Part shown: piece after piece, positions 1 through 8,769 of the stretch
How positions within the stretch are numbered: position 1 is the stretch's first letter
Layout of the letters: each line of letters begins with the position of its first letter
Origin: an uncultured Bacteroides sp.
Lineage (GTDB): Bacteria > Bacteroidota > Bacteroidia > Bacteroidales > Bacteroidaceae
Assembly (NCBI GenBank): GCA_900544675.1
Contig: UQVZ01000015.1
Coordinates: 4,433-68,432 of the forward strand
DNA length: 64,000 nucleotides
Direction: 5' to 3'
Position numbers and translations under genes: made by a program
Notes under the pieces: generated by a model
What the model was told of the DNA's origin: nothing
The model's database searches: none
Seen by the model: the letters and a program-made list of their open reading frames with translations, nothing else

Positions 1-450
1 GCGTCCATCATCATCTGGTTCCTCGGCTACTATCCGAACCATAACCGATACGAAACCACCGCCGAACAACAGGAGAACTCTTACATCGGTCAGATAGGCA
101 AAGCCATCGAGCCCGCCATCGAGCCGCTGGGCTTCGACTGGAAGATGGGCATCGGTATCCTCTCGGGCATCGGAGCCAAAGAGCTGGTAGTAAGTACGCT
201 GGGTGTGCTCTATACCAATGAGGAGGACATCGAGAACGTCAACCTCTCCGAACGTATCCCCATCACCCCGTTGGTAGCATACGGCTACATGCTCTTCGTG
301 CTGATATACTTCCCGTGTATCGCCACGATAGCCGCCATCAAGAACGAGTCGGGAAGCTGGAAATGGGCAGCCTTCGCCGCCTGCTATACCACGGCATTAG
401 CCTGGATAGTCTCTTTCCTGACCTATCAGATAGGAAGCCTGTTTGTGTAA
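1..450 (+). CDS. feoB: Ferrous iron transporter FeoB, C-terminal part (5' end cut by the window edge)
   Basis: Frame 1 is open from nt 1. The translation ...NSYIGQIGKAIEPAIEPLGFDWKMGIGILSGIGAKELVVSTLGVLY...IKNESGSWKWAAFAACYTT... matches the conserved FeoB C-terminal membrane domain. A FeoB-associated small Cys-rich ORF follows. Confidence 0.85.
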   Translation, partial: ASIIIWFLGYYPNHNRYETTAEQQENSYIGQIGKAIEPAIEPLGFDWKMGIGILSGIGAKELVVSTLGVLYTNEEDIENVNLSERIPITPLVAYGYMLFVLIYFPCIATIAAIKNESGSWKWAAFAACYTTALAWIVSFLTYQIGSLFV

Positions 451-634
451 ACAGGTGACAAGGTATCAGGTGACAAGTTGACAAGGTATCAGGTGAAACA
501 CAGATTACACAGATTAAATAATTTAGTTCTCTGTGTCTCCGTGTCTCTGTGTTTATTTTAAAAAAACCTTGTCAACTTGTCAACTCGTCAACTTGTCAAC
601 TTAAAAACTCAAAAACTTAAAAACTCAAAACCCC
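451..634. repeat. Nested inverted-repeat / hairpin element downstream of feoB (punning low-complexity repeat families)
   Basis: The outer arm ggtgacaaggtatcaggtgacaagttgacaagg (455-500) has its reverse complement ccttgtcaacttgtcaac... at 568-602. The inner pair is aaacacagattacacagatt vs ttctctgtgtctccgtgtctctgtgttt. A tandem ttaaaaactcaaaaac follows. Confidence 0.6.
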
Positions 635-793
635 ATGAACATTCAGAATATCCTTGTATACATCATCGTAGCGCTTTGCGTCATTTATGCAGGACGGCAT
701 TTCCTGAAGTTCTTCAAGAAGAAGAAACCGGGACAGACCGATTGCGGATGTGGATGTGGATGCGCAGGATGCCGGAAAGCGAAAAAGAAATGA
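635..793 (+). CDS. FeoB-associated Cys-rich membrane protein (52 aa; below the ORF-track size cutoff)
   Basis: ATG at 635. Translation MNIQNILVYIIVALCVIYAGRHFLKFFKKKKPGQTDCGCGCGCAGCRKAKKK*. It has an N-terminal TM helix and a CGCGCGC motif, and sits immediately 3' of feoB. Confidence 0.7.
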   Translation: MNIQNILVYIIVALCVIYAGRHFLKFFKKKKPGQTDCGCGCGCAGCRKAKKK

Positions 794-946
794 ATCAGAC
801 GCCCGTGTATAGATATTTCCCCGTAAGCATCTGATTCTCACTACGGGTTTGTCTATATCTGAAATCTATGTCTCTTTTTCCATTTCAGGCAAAATCATTA
901 ATTTTGGCTCCGGATTTTATATACCGACAGACCAAACACTGAAGTT

Positions 947-2623
947 ATGAAGCATACGGCGTTTTTCATTTGTCTGCTTTTTCTTGTCTCCGCTATCGGA
1001 TGTAGCAGACACGGGACGTACTCCGAAAAGACATTAGACCGGGCAAGCCTATTGCTGGCAGACAATCCGGACAGTGCCTATACTCTTATCGCGGCATTAG
1101 AGCGGGACACACTAAGCGACGAAAGCTTCGCACGCTGGTGCATGATTTACGGCAAGCTATCCTATCACATCCCCTTAAACCCACTCCCGGTATTCGACTG
1201 GAAATATGCGGCAGACTGGTACGGGAAGCACGGCACCCCCGAAGAGCAGGGACAGGCAAAACTGTTCTTAGGAGAAGCCTACGCCAACGAGCAAGAACCC
1301 GACTCTGCCATCAAAGCCTATACCGATGCTTTCATGCTCGCCGAACGGAGCCGGGAATACAACGTCATGGGATATGCCTGCTCGCACATGGGCAGCCTGT
1401 ACGAATTGCAGTTCCATTTCCCGCTCTCTATCGAGAAGTTCAGACAAGCAGCCACCTATTTCCACGAAGCAGGGAACGAGCGGAGCCATGCCTGCGCCTT
1501 AAGGGACTTATCCCGCCAATATGTTCAGCTCGATTCCCTTGCATTGGCTTTCCGGACCCTCCGCGAAGCCGACTCCATCGCTTCTGCCCTGAATGACAAC
1601 GAAGTGTACAGCTCCATACTCAACGTATACGGAAACCTGTATCTGATAAACAAGGACTATAAGCAAGCGGAAAAATACCTCTCCCGGTCAATAAGACAAG
1701 CAAAAAATAATTTACCCAATTACATTACCTTGATTGATATGTACATCGAGTTGGGGGCACTACACAAAGCAAAGAAGATTTTGCAGGAAATTTACCCGCA
1801 AAATACCCGGTCGTACACACTAAACTACCAATACTATCGAATTGCAAAAAAAGAAAAGAACTATGAGCAAGCTTTAGAATTCCTGGAGAATACGGAAGAG
1901 CTTTATGATTCCATCTCCTCCTTCGGTGCTAATTCACATGCGGCAGAACTGGAACAGCGGTACACTACCGTCCGCTTGAAAAACGAAAACACCGAGTTGA
2001 AACTGAAATACACGACCCTCGTCCTTATATCGCTTGCCTTGGTGTTCTGCTCCGCCTTTATCGTCTACCGGCAGAAAAAGCAAAACGAAAAGAAACTTGT
2101 CCGCCAACAGGCTGAAACCATCCAACTGAAAAGACAGACCCAACAGTTGTTTCTGGACATCCGGCAAAAGGAGGCTTTGCTGAAAGACTCTGAAAAGGGA
2201 AAGGAACAGATAGGACGATTGCAGACAGAAATCAGCCTGCTGAAAGAGATGCACGTCAAACTGAAAAGAGACATCCTGACCCGTTCCGCCATGTATAAAA
2301 AGCTGCAGAAGCTTACCCGTACACATACCAACGAAAAGCTCCTGCTCAACAAAGAACTCTGGACACAAATCACAAGCGAAGTGAACGAAATCTATCCCAA
2401 TCTCAAAAGTTATGTGCTGGAACGGTATCCCGACATCAGCGAATCCGAATGGAACTATTGCTGCTTCTACCTGCTGGGATTCGACGGAAACGACTCGGCA
2501 AAGCTCTTAGGAGTAAACCCCAATACGATTTACACCAAGAACCTGCGCCTGCGGCAGAAGCTGAATATCACCCTGCCGCCACAAACCAGCCTGTTAGACT
2601 ATCTGATCGGGGAATTAAACTGA
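947..2623 (+). CDS. TPR-repeat transmembrane one-component regulator with C-terminal LuxR-type HTH
   Basis: Lipoprotein-like signal (MKHTAFFICLLFLVSAIGCS), TPR-like repeats, one TM helix (LVLISLALVFCSAFIVY), a coiled coil, and a C-terminal ...NDSAKLLGVNPNTIYTKNLRLRQKL HTH. Confidence 0.65.
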   Translation: MKHTAFFICLLFLVSAIGCSRHGTYSEKTLDRASLLLADNPDSAYTLIAALERDTLSDESFARWCMIYGKLSYHIPLNPLPVFDWKYAADWYGKHGTPEEQGQAKLFLGEAYANEQEPDSAIKAYTDAFMLAERSREYNVMGYACSHMGSLYELQFHFPLSIEKFRQAATYFHEAGNERSHACALRDLSRQYVQLDSLALAFRTLREADSIASALNDNEVYSSILNVYGNLYLINKDYKQAEKYLSRSIRQAKNNLPNYITLIDMYIELGALHKAKKILQEIYPQNTRSYTLNYQYYRIAKKEKNYEQALEFLENTEELYDSISSFGANSHAAELEQRYTTVRLKNENTELKLKYTTLVLISLALVFCSAFIVYRQKKQNEKKLVRQQAETIQLKRQTQQLFLDIRQKEALLKDSEKGKEQIGRLQTEISLLKEMHVKLKRDILTRSAMYKKLQKLTRTHTNEKLLLNKELWTQITSEVNEIYPNLKSYVLERYPDISESEWNYCCFYLLGFDGNDSAKLLGVNPNTIYTKNLRLRQKLNITLPPQTSLLDYLIGELN

Positions 2624-2782
2624 CCGTTCAAAAGCATTTGTATAGACATTTCCTTATAAACCATTGATTATCAACACGGGCTTGTCTATATCTAAAACGG
2701 ATATTCCTTTTCTCCTATCAGGAAAAGCCATTAATTTTGCCACACAAATTTATGAGAACAAACCATTTAAACAACAATCAAA

Positions 2783-3403
2783 ATGAAAAAGTTATTATTC
2801 TTATTACTTGTGGCATTCTCCGTATCTGCCTTCGCGCAGAAGATGGAGCACGGCGTGTTAATCGGCGGAGGTATAGGCTTCCCCATGCAGGACAACAAAC
2901 AACTGCTTCCGCCTACCGACGAACTGAGGTACGACCATAACCTGAAGGGAAACGGAATGATAGGATACCGCCTGCGGTTCCTCCCCGAAAAGAAATCGTT
3001 CTTCGACCTCGACTTCACTATCGGGTTCCAAGGGATGACGACAAACAGGTATGCGCCGTTCTACAACCAAAAGTCTAACAGCGGATATGACAATGCGGGA
3101 GAAGGCAAAGAGTTCAGCGAGTTCATCATGCCCGTATCCGTAGCCGCAAGCTGGAACTACCGCATCACCGAGAAGTTCTTCTTCGGACTGGGTGTAGCGC
3201 CTACGCTCTATGTACGCCCACAAGCCGTATTCGACCTTCCCGTACTGGCAAGGATAGGATACCGCGCCGGAAAACATTGCGAACTGGGACTCACTTACCA
3301 ATACGGATGCCTCGACGTGCTGAAGCACTTCAATAAAGGCGCCGCCAACGGAAGGACCGGACACTTCTCCGACCTGACTTTCTCTGTATATGTACCCTTT
3401 TGA
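2783..3403 (+). CDS. Outer-membrane beta-barrel protein (PorT/OmpA-like small barrel)
   Basis: Signal peptide MKKLLFLLLVAFSVSAFAQ, alternating beta-strand pattern, C-terminal ...TFSVYVPF ending in Phe. Confidence 0.6.
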   Translation: MKKLLFLLLVAFSVSAFAQKMEHGVLIGGGIGFPMQDNKQLLPPTDELRYDHNLKGNGMIGYRLRFLPEKKSFFDLDFTIGFQGMTTNRYAPFYNQKSNSGYDNAGEGKEFSEFIMPVSVAASWNYRITEKFFFGLGVAPTLYVRPQAVFDLPVLARIGYRAGKHCELGLTYQYGCLDVLKHFNKGAANGRTGHFSDLTFSVYVPF

Positions 3404-3420
3404 TGCACACCGATAAGCAA

Positions 3421-3458
3421 GCGCAGCCCGCTCCATAAACCGAAAGGGCGGGTTGCGC
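3421..3458 (+). terminator. GC-rich hairpin 3' of the OMP gene (weak T tract)
   Basis: gcgcagcccgc...gcgggttgcgc stem 18 nt after the stop, followed by cttttacg. Confidence 0.3.
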
Positions 3459-3906
3459 TACCCTTTTACGACTCAAATACGACCCCTCCCCCTCCCTTTT
3501 GAATTACCCGGCACAACGCCCTAAGTTTCAGACTTTAATAGGTAAGAAACATTTTTTTAAAGATACAACTCGTCGGTTGTGCTTTCTCAGATAATTATAT
3601 TACTTTTGCGTCTAGACAAGATAAGGTAATCTTTCAATAAATACTGGGGATTGTATAATTTTGATTGAAATATTGGAAATCGCATTTTGCGACATCCAAT
3701 TCCATTATAATGGGGGCAAGGAAATTACCCTATGCTTTTACTGAAAATGGAGTGGCAATGTTAAGCAGCGTCCTTTAGGTCATTCAAATATTTCAACTAC
3801 TCTCTACCTTTATGTCCATCCAAATATAGAACAAAAGAAACGCTTCATCAGCAGAATGTTCAAATTTTCGGATAAATAAGAATGTCTCTGTAGACAGCTT
3901 ACTTTT

Positions 3907-3994
3907 ATGTCCTCCATACGGAGGACGTACGTCCCACGTATGGAAAACGTATATCCCCCGATTGGAGGACGTACGTTTTCCGATTGGAGGACAT
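3907..3994. repeat. Palindrome / direct-repeat cluster (IR-bounded ~88 bp)
   Basis: atgtcctcc (3907-3915) and ggaggacat (3986-3994) form a 9-bp terminal inverted repeat. The internal perfect palindrome ggacgtacgtcc occurs twice. The direct repeat ccgattggaggac occurs twice, 22 bp apart. Confidence 0.5.
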
Positions 3995-4262
3995 AAAAAT
4001 AACATAGCCTGCAAACAGAATATAATAAAGTAATATATGCTTCTTAATTACCTGTCAATAAAAACAAATACAGAGGTATAGAGTTTCATTCACGTAATAC
4101 ATTATCGCAACACCAACTCTTTACCGGTTGTATGCCGGTCTGTCTTTCGGACGATTATTTTAGGAAAAACGAAAAAAAACAGCGAAAAGTATTGCAGATT
4201 CAAAAAATAGTCCTACCTTTGCAACGCATTTGAGAAACATAGTGCAAGAACATAATCAGAAT

Positions 4263-4336
4263 GGTTCCTTGGATGAGTGGCTTAGTCAGCGGTCTGCAAA
4301 ACCGTGCACGGCGGTTCGAATCCGCCAGGGACCTCA
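4263..4336 (+). tRNA. tRNA-Cys (anticodon GCA)
   Basis: Cloverleaf: acceptor ggttcct/agggacc with one G-U pair, anticodon stem gcggt/accgt, loop cTGCAaa, T-arm ggcgg-TTCGAAT-ccgcc, discriminator U73 (a Cys identity element). CCA is not encoded. Confidence 0.8.
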
Positions 4337-4339
4337 ACA

Positions 4340-4378
4340 AGAAAGGCTGGTTGAAACATCAACTAGCCTTTCTTATTT
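4340..4378 (+). terminator. Rho-independent terminator after tRNA-Cys
   Basis: Stem gaaaggct / agcctttc followed by ttatttcc. Confidence 0.5.
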
Positions 4379-4480
4379 CCTGTAACGACATGCATCCGGC
4401 ATTCAACTTAGAACCGATATAAATTATTGACATTAAGAAAGTTTTAATTCTACCCTTGTATCACAAAAAGCAAATTCTTC

Positions 4481-4488
4481 TATTTTTG
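4481..4488 (+). promoter_or_regulatory. Bacteroidetes sigma-A -7 box (TAttTTTG) for the polyferredoxin operon
   Basis: tatttttg sits 30 nt upstream of the ATG at 4518. The phylum consensus is TAnnTTTG. Confidence 0.45.
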
Positions 4489-4517
4489 CAATCGGAAATT
4501 ACATAAAACACATCATC

Positions 4518-6026
4518 ATGTTGCAAAAAATCAGACAGGTAGTAGCCGTTCTGTCTATCTGCGCGTTGACCTTGCTGTTTCTCGACTTTACCGGAACCTT
4601 GCACACGTGGCTGGGATGGATGGCTAAAATTCAATTTTTGCCGGCTGTATTGGCTCTCAATGCCGGTATCATTCTTTTTTTATTGATTCTCACCTTCGTG
4701 TGCGGACGGGTGTATTGCTCGGTCATTTGCCCGCTGGGCATTTTTCAAGACATCGTGGCACGCCTGGGACGCGGAAAGAAAAAACTTCCTTACACGTATT
4801 CGAAAGCTAAGAACGTACTGCGTTACGTGATGCTTGCCGTACTGGTCGTGGCGCTTGTCGCAGGCATTCATGCCCTCGCGGCGTTGCTCGACCCCTATGC
4901 CACTTACGGCCGCATGGCAAACCAGTTCTTCCAACCCGTATGGATCGGAGCGAATAACGTGCTTGCCTATTTTGCCGAACGCATGGACAGTTATGCCTTA
5001 TACAGCACAAGCACGTGGCTGAAAAGCCTTCCGACATTCATCGTGACGCTGCTGATGGTTGTCGCCATCGGCATCCTGGCTTGGAAAAACGGACGCACCT
5101 ATTGCAACACCATCTGTCCGGTGGGCACGGTGCTGGGGTTCGTCTCGCGTTTTGCCTTGTTCCGCATAATAGTAGACAAGGAGAAGTGTAAGAAATGCAC
5201 GCTGTGCGCCCGCCATTGCAAAGCCGCCTGCATCGATATCCCGAACATGAAAGTAGATTACAGCCGGTGCGTCACCTGCTTCGATTGCCTCGGCCAGTGC
5301 AAGCACGATGCTATCCACTACCGGTTCGCTTACGGGAAGAAAACAGACGCTACAGAACAGCCCGCCTCTTCGCAACCGAAGGACAAGGGACGCCGTGAGG
5401 TGCTGGCAGGCTCGTTGCTGCTGCTGGCAGCCTCGGCAAAGGCACAGGCCGTGAAGAAAGCCGAAATCATCAAGCTGGACGGCGGACTGGCAGACATCAT
5501 CGACAAACAAGCACCCAAACGGCAGACTCCCATCACCCCGCCGGGTTCGCAAAGCGCACGCCACATGTATCAGCACTGCACCGCCTGCCAGCTTTGCGTA
5601 TCGGCATGTCCCAATGAAGTGCTGCGTCCTTCGAACTCGCTCGACACGTTCATGCAGCCCACCATGTCGTACGAACGCGGTTATTGCCGCCCCGAATGTA
5701 CCCTGTGTGCCGACGTATGTCCGGCAGGTGCCATCCTGAAGATAGACAAGGCAGAAAAGTCCGCCATCCAGATAGGCCATGCCGTATGGGTGAAAGAGCG
5801 GTGCATCCCGCTTACCGACGGACAGGAATGCGGCAACTGCGCCCGCCACTGCCCGACGGGAGCCATCATGATGATAGCTTCCGACCCGTCCAATCCCGAA
5901 TCGCCCAAGATTCCGGCAGTAGACACCGAGCGTTGCATCGGATGTGGAGCTTGCGAGAACCTGTGTCCCGCCCGTCCGCTCAGCGCCATCTATGTAGAAG
6001 GTCACGAAGTGCACCGAATCATTTAA
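4518..6026 (+). CDS. Membrane-bound polyferredoxin (multiple 4Fe-4S clusters; NapH/MauN-like)
   Basis: N-terminal TM helices, then at least 8 Cys clusters (CSVICPLG, CNTICPVG, CKKCTLCARHCKAAC, CVTCFDCLGQCKHDA, CTACQLCVSACP, CTLCADVCP, CGNCARHCP, CIGCGACENLCP). Confidence 0.8.
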   Translation: MLQKIRQVVAVLSICALTLLFLDFTGTLHTWLGWMAKIQFLPAVLALNAGIILFLLILTFVCGRVYCSVICPLGIFQDIVARLGRGKKKLPYTYSKAKNVLRYVMLAVLVVALVAGIHALAALLDPYATYGRMANQFFQPVWIGANNVLAYFAERMDSYALYSTSTWLKSLPTFIVTLLMVVAIGILAWKNGRTYCNTICPVGTVLGFVSRFALFRIIVDKEKCKKCTLCARHCKAACIDIPNMKVDYSRCVTCFDCLGQCKHDAIHYRFAYGKKTDATEQPASSQPKDKGRREVLAGSLLLLAASAKAQAVKKAEIIKLDGGLADIIDKQAPKRQTPITPPGSQSARHMYQHCTACQLCVSACPNEVLRPSNSLDTFMQPTMSYERGYCRPECTLCADVCPAGAILKIDKAEKSAIQIGHAVWVKERCIPLTDGQECGNCARHCPTGAIMMIASDPSNPESPKIPAVDTERCIGCGACENLCPARPLSAIYVEGHEVHRII

Positions 6027-6053
6027 CCGACAACGTAAACATTTCAAGCAATT

Positions 6054-7430
6054 ATGGAGAAACAAGATAACCGCATGAACCGAAGGGATTTCCTGAAAAT
6101 AGTCGGCATCAGTACCGCAGGTACGGCCGTAGCCCTGTCGGGATGCAAACCCAAAGAAACGACCGAAACCTCAGCCGAAAGCCCTGTGCCGACCGGCAAG
6201 ATGACTTATCGTAACTTCCCGCCTTCGGAAGACCATGTGTCCATATTAGGCTACGGCTGTATGCGCTGGCCTACGCTTCCGGCTCCAGAAAAGGGCGGAA
6301 ACGTCATCGACCAGGAAGAAGTGAACCGCCTGATAGACTATGCCATCGAACACGGAGTGAACTACTTCGATACGGCTCCAGTATATGTGCAGGGATGGTC
6401 GGAAACTTCTACCGGCATCGCGCTGAAACGCCATCCGCGTGACAAGTATTTCATCGCGACCAAGATGTCGAACTTCGACCGCTCGGATTTCGAATCGAGC
6501 GTAAAGATGTATCACGACTCGATGAAGAAACTGCAGGTGGACTACATCGACTATTACCTGCTCCACTCGCTGGGCAATACGGGCAAGCGGAGTTTCCAGA
6601 CCCGTTTCCTCGACAACGGCTTGCTGGACTATCTGGTAAAAGAGCGGGAAGCCGGACGCATCCGCCACTTGGGCTGGTCGTTCCACGGCAGCAAGGAAGA
6701 ATTCGACAAGATACTGGCATACCACGAACAGGTGCACTGGGATTTCATCCAGATTCAGCTGAACTACTCCGACTGGCTGCATGCCACCCCCGGCAACGTC
6801 AATGCCGACTACCTGTATGCCGAAATCGCCAAACGCCATATCCCGATGGTCATCATGGAACCACTGCAAGGAGGCCGCCTGTCAAAGGTGCCTGAGCACA
6901 TCGTGGCACGTCTGAAGACACGCAACCCGGAAGGAAGTGTGGCCTCGTGGGCATTCCGCTTTGCCGGCACACCGCCCATGATTCTGACCGTACTAAGCGG
7001 CATGACTTACATGGAACACCTGCAAGACAATATCCGCACTTACTCGCCACTGGTGCCGCTTACGCAGGAAGAACAGCAGTTCCTGCTGGATACAGCCGAG
7101 CTGATGCGTGAATACCCCACCATCCCGTGCAACAACTGCCAGTACTGCATGCCTTGCCCCTATGGTATCGACATTCCAGGTGTATTGCTGCATTATAATA
7201 AATGTGTGAACGAAGGCAATATCCCGCAAAGCAAACTGGATGAGAACTACGCCAAGGCACGGCGTGCTTTCCTGATAGGATACGACCGCAGTGTGCCCCG
7301 CCTGCGCCAGGCATCCCACTGTATCGGATGCAAGCAATGCAATCCGCACTGCCCGCAATACATCGACATCCCCCACGAGATGCAGCGCATTGACGCGTAT
7401 GTGGAAAAACTGAAACAGGAAACCCTATGA
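6054..7430 (+). CDS. Tat-exported aldo/keto reductase with C-terminal 4Fe-4S ferredoxin domain
   Basis: Twin-arginine signal MNRRDFLKIVGISTAGTAVALSGC, an AKR core (GVNYFDTAPVY...), and C-terminal CNNCQYCMPCPYG / CIGCKQCNPHCP motifs. Confidence 0.8.
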   Translation: MEKQDNRMNRRDFLKIVGISTAGTAVALSGCKPKETTETSAESPVPTGKMTYRNFPPSEDHVSILGYGCMRWPTLPAPEKGGNVIDQEEVNRLIDYAIEHGVNYFDTAPVYVQGWSETSTGIALKRHPRDKYFIATKMSNFDRSDFESSVKMYHDSMKKLQVDYIDYYLLHSLGNTGKRSFQTRFLDNGLLDYLVKEREAGRIRHLGWSFHGSKEEFDKILAYHEQVHWDFIQIQLNYSDWLHATPGNVNADYLYAEIAKRHIPMVIMEPLQGGRLSKVPEHIVARLKTRNPEGSVASWAFRFAGTPPMILTVLSGMTYMEHLQDNIRTYSPLVPLTQEEQQFLLDTAELMREYPTIPCNNCQYCMPCPYGIDIPGVLLHYNKCVNEGNIPQSKLDENYAKARRAFLIGYDRSVPRLRQASHCIGCKQCNPHCPQYIDIPHEMQRIDAYVEKLKQETL

Positions 7431-7843
7431 TGAAAGAACTGATTGACCGGCTCCATGCCGGAAACTATTCGTGCGTCATCGCCAATCAGGGCGAGACGCG
7501 CACCTATACGCAGCGTGGTGTAGCCGACTTGTTCGAGCTTTATCAAACCGACCCTGCCTTTATGAAAGGAGCTTCCATTGCCGACAAGGTTATAGGCAAA
7601 GGCGCTGCCGCCCTGATGATACTGGGCGGGATGAAGGAAGTCTATACCGATGTAGTGAGCACGCCAGCCCGTAACCTGTTCGGGCAATACGGAGTGAAAC
7701 TTTCATTCACACAAGAAGTGCCTCATATCATCAACCGCCAGCAGACAGGATTCTGCCCGCTGGAAACCGCTTGTGGAGAAGAAACCGACCTGAAGAAGCT
7801 TTATCAGATTATTTGCCACTTCATCGCAACAATGAAAAAATAA
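7427..7843 (+). CDS. DUF1893 (TM1506-like) domain protein
   Basis: Motifs NYSCVIA, ADKVIGKGAAALM, NRQQTGFCPLE. The start overlaps the upstream stop (ATGATGA), so it is translationally coupled to the AKR gene. Confidence 0.5.
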   Translation: MMKELIDRLHAGNYSCVIANQGETRTYTQRGVADLFELYQTDPAFMKGASIADKVIGKGAAALMILGGMKEVYTDVVSTPARNLFGQYGVKLSFTQEVPHIINRQQTGFCPLETACGEETDLKKLYQIICHFIATMKK

Positions 7844-7948
7844 CCACAGCTTACACAGATACGGGAACCGAAAAAGGATTTCCCCAATCTGTGTAAGCTG
7901 TGGCGACAAACTCTTATCTATAATAATATATGTATAGCGGGAAAAGAG

Positions 7949-8650
7949 TTACCCGATTTTACTGATTTTCTTCAGCTTCTCTTCGTCTACAATCTTGATT
8001 TTACGTCCATCGATGATAATCAGCTTCTCGGCAGCGAAGTTCGACAACGTACGGATAGCATTCGAGGTAGTCATGTTCGACAGATTGGCAAGGTCCTCAC
8101 GCGACAGGTAAATGCTCAGCGTACATTGGTCTTCTTCCAGTCCGTAGGTATCTTTCAAGAACAAGAGCGATTCGGCAAGACGCCCGCGGATATGCTTTTG
8201 TGTCAGGTTTACCGTACGCGCATCAGAAATCCCCAAGTCTTTAGACAGCTGCCGAATGAAAAACATCGCCAGTTCCGAGTTCTGCCTTACCAGGTCTTCG
8301 ATAACCGTCATGGGTACCAAACACATTGTACAAGGTTCAAAAGCAGCTGCTGCCGTTACAAAATTCTCTTTGGCAAAATAAGCACGGTAAGCAAAGTATT
8401 CCTTATTCTTTACTACACGGATAATCTGACTACGCCCGCCGACGCCGTCCTTATAAATCTTCACTTTACCATTCAGCAGACACATCATGTATTGCGGAGT
8501 CTCACCTTCACAATAGATGACTTCGTTTTTCTTGTATTTCTGAATCGTAAAGTTCTGCGCAAGATATTCACGTTGCGCCTCTGTTAGAGGTTGCCATAAA
8601 TCGGGGATACTTTCGGCAATCTCTGCTTCTGTAAGTTCCTTCTTTACCAT
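7949..8650 (-). CDS. Crp/Fnr-family transcriptional regulator (cNMP-binding domain + HTH)
   Basis: cNMP-binding-like beta-roll region and C-terminal HTH (...SREDLANLSNMTTSNAIRTLSNF...). I chose the internal ATG (MVKKELTEAE) as the start. Divergent from the polyferredoxin operon. Confidence 0.7.
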   Translation of the reverse strand: MVKKELTEAEIAESIPDLWQPLTEAQREYLAQNFTIQKYKKNEVIYCEGETPQYMMCLLNGKVKIYKDGVGGRSQIIRVVKNKEYFAYRAYFAKENFVTAAAAFEPCTMCLVPMTVIEDLVRQNSELAMFFIRQLSKDLGISDARTVNLTQKHIRGRLAESLLFLKDTYGLEEDQCTLSIYLSREDLANLSNMTTSNAIRTLSNFAAEKLIIIDGRKIKIVDEEKLKKISKIG

Positions 8651-8769
8651 AGATGCTATAAAACGATGTTGTGGAGCACAAAGGTAGTAAGAAAAAATGA
8701 AAATCTTTATTTTAATCCTTAAAAAATCATCCGATGACACGTGGATTTATTATATATTTGCCTTTATAA

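Noticed and set aside
4263-4336. tRNA-Cys as an integration site of a prophage or ICE
   Set aside because: No integrase, excisionase or phage genes lie within 10 kb on either side. The flanking genes are ordinary chromosomal ones. Only a small palindromic element (3907-3994) is nearby.
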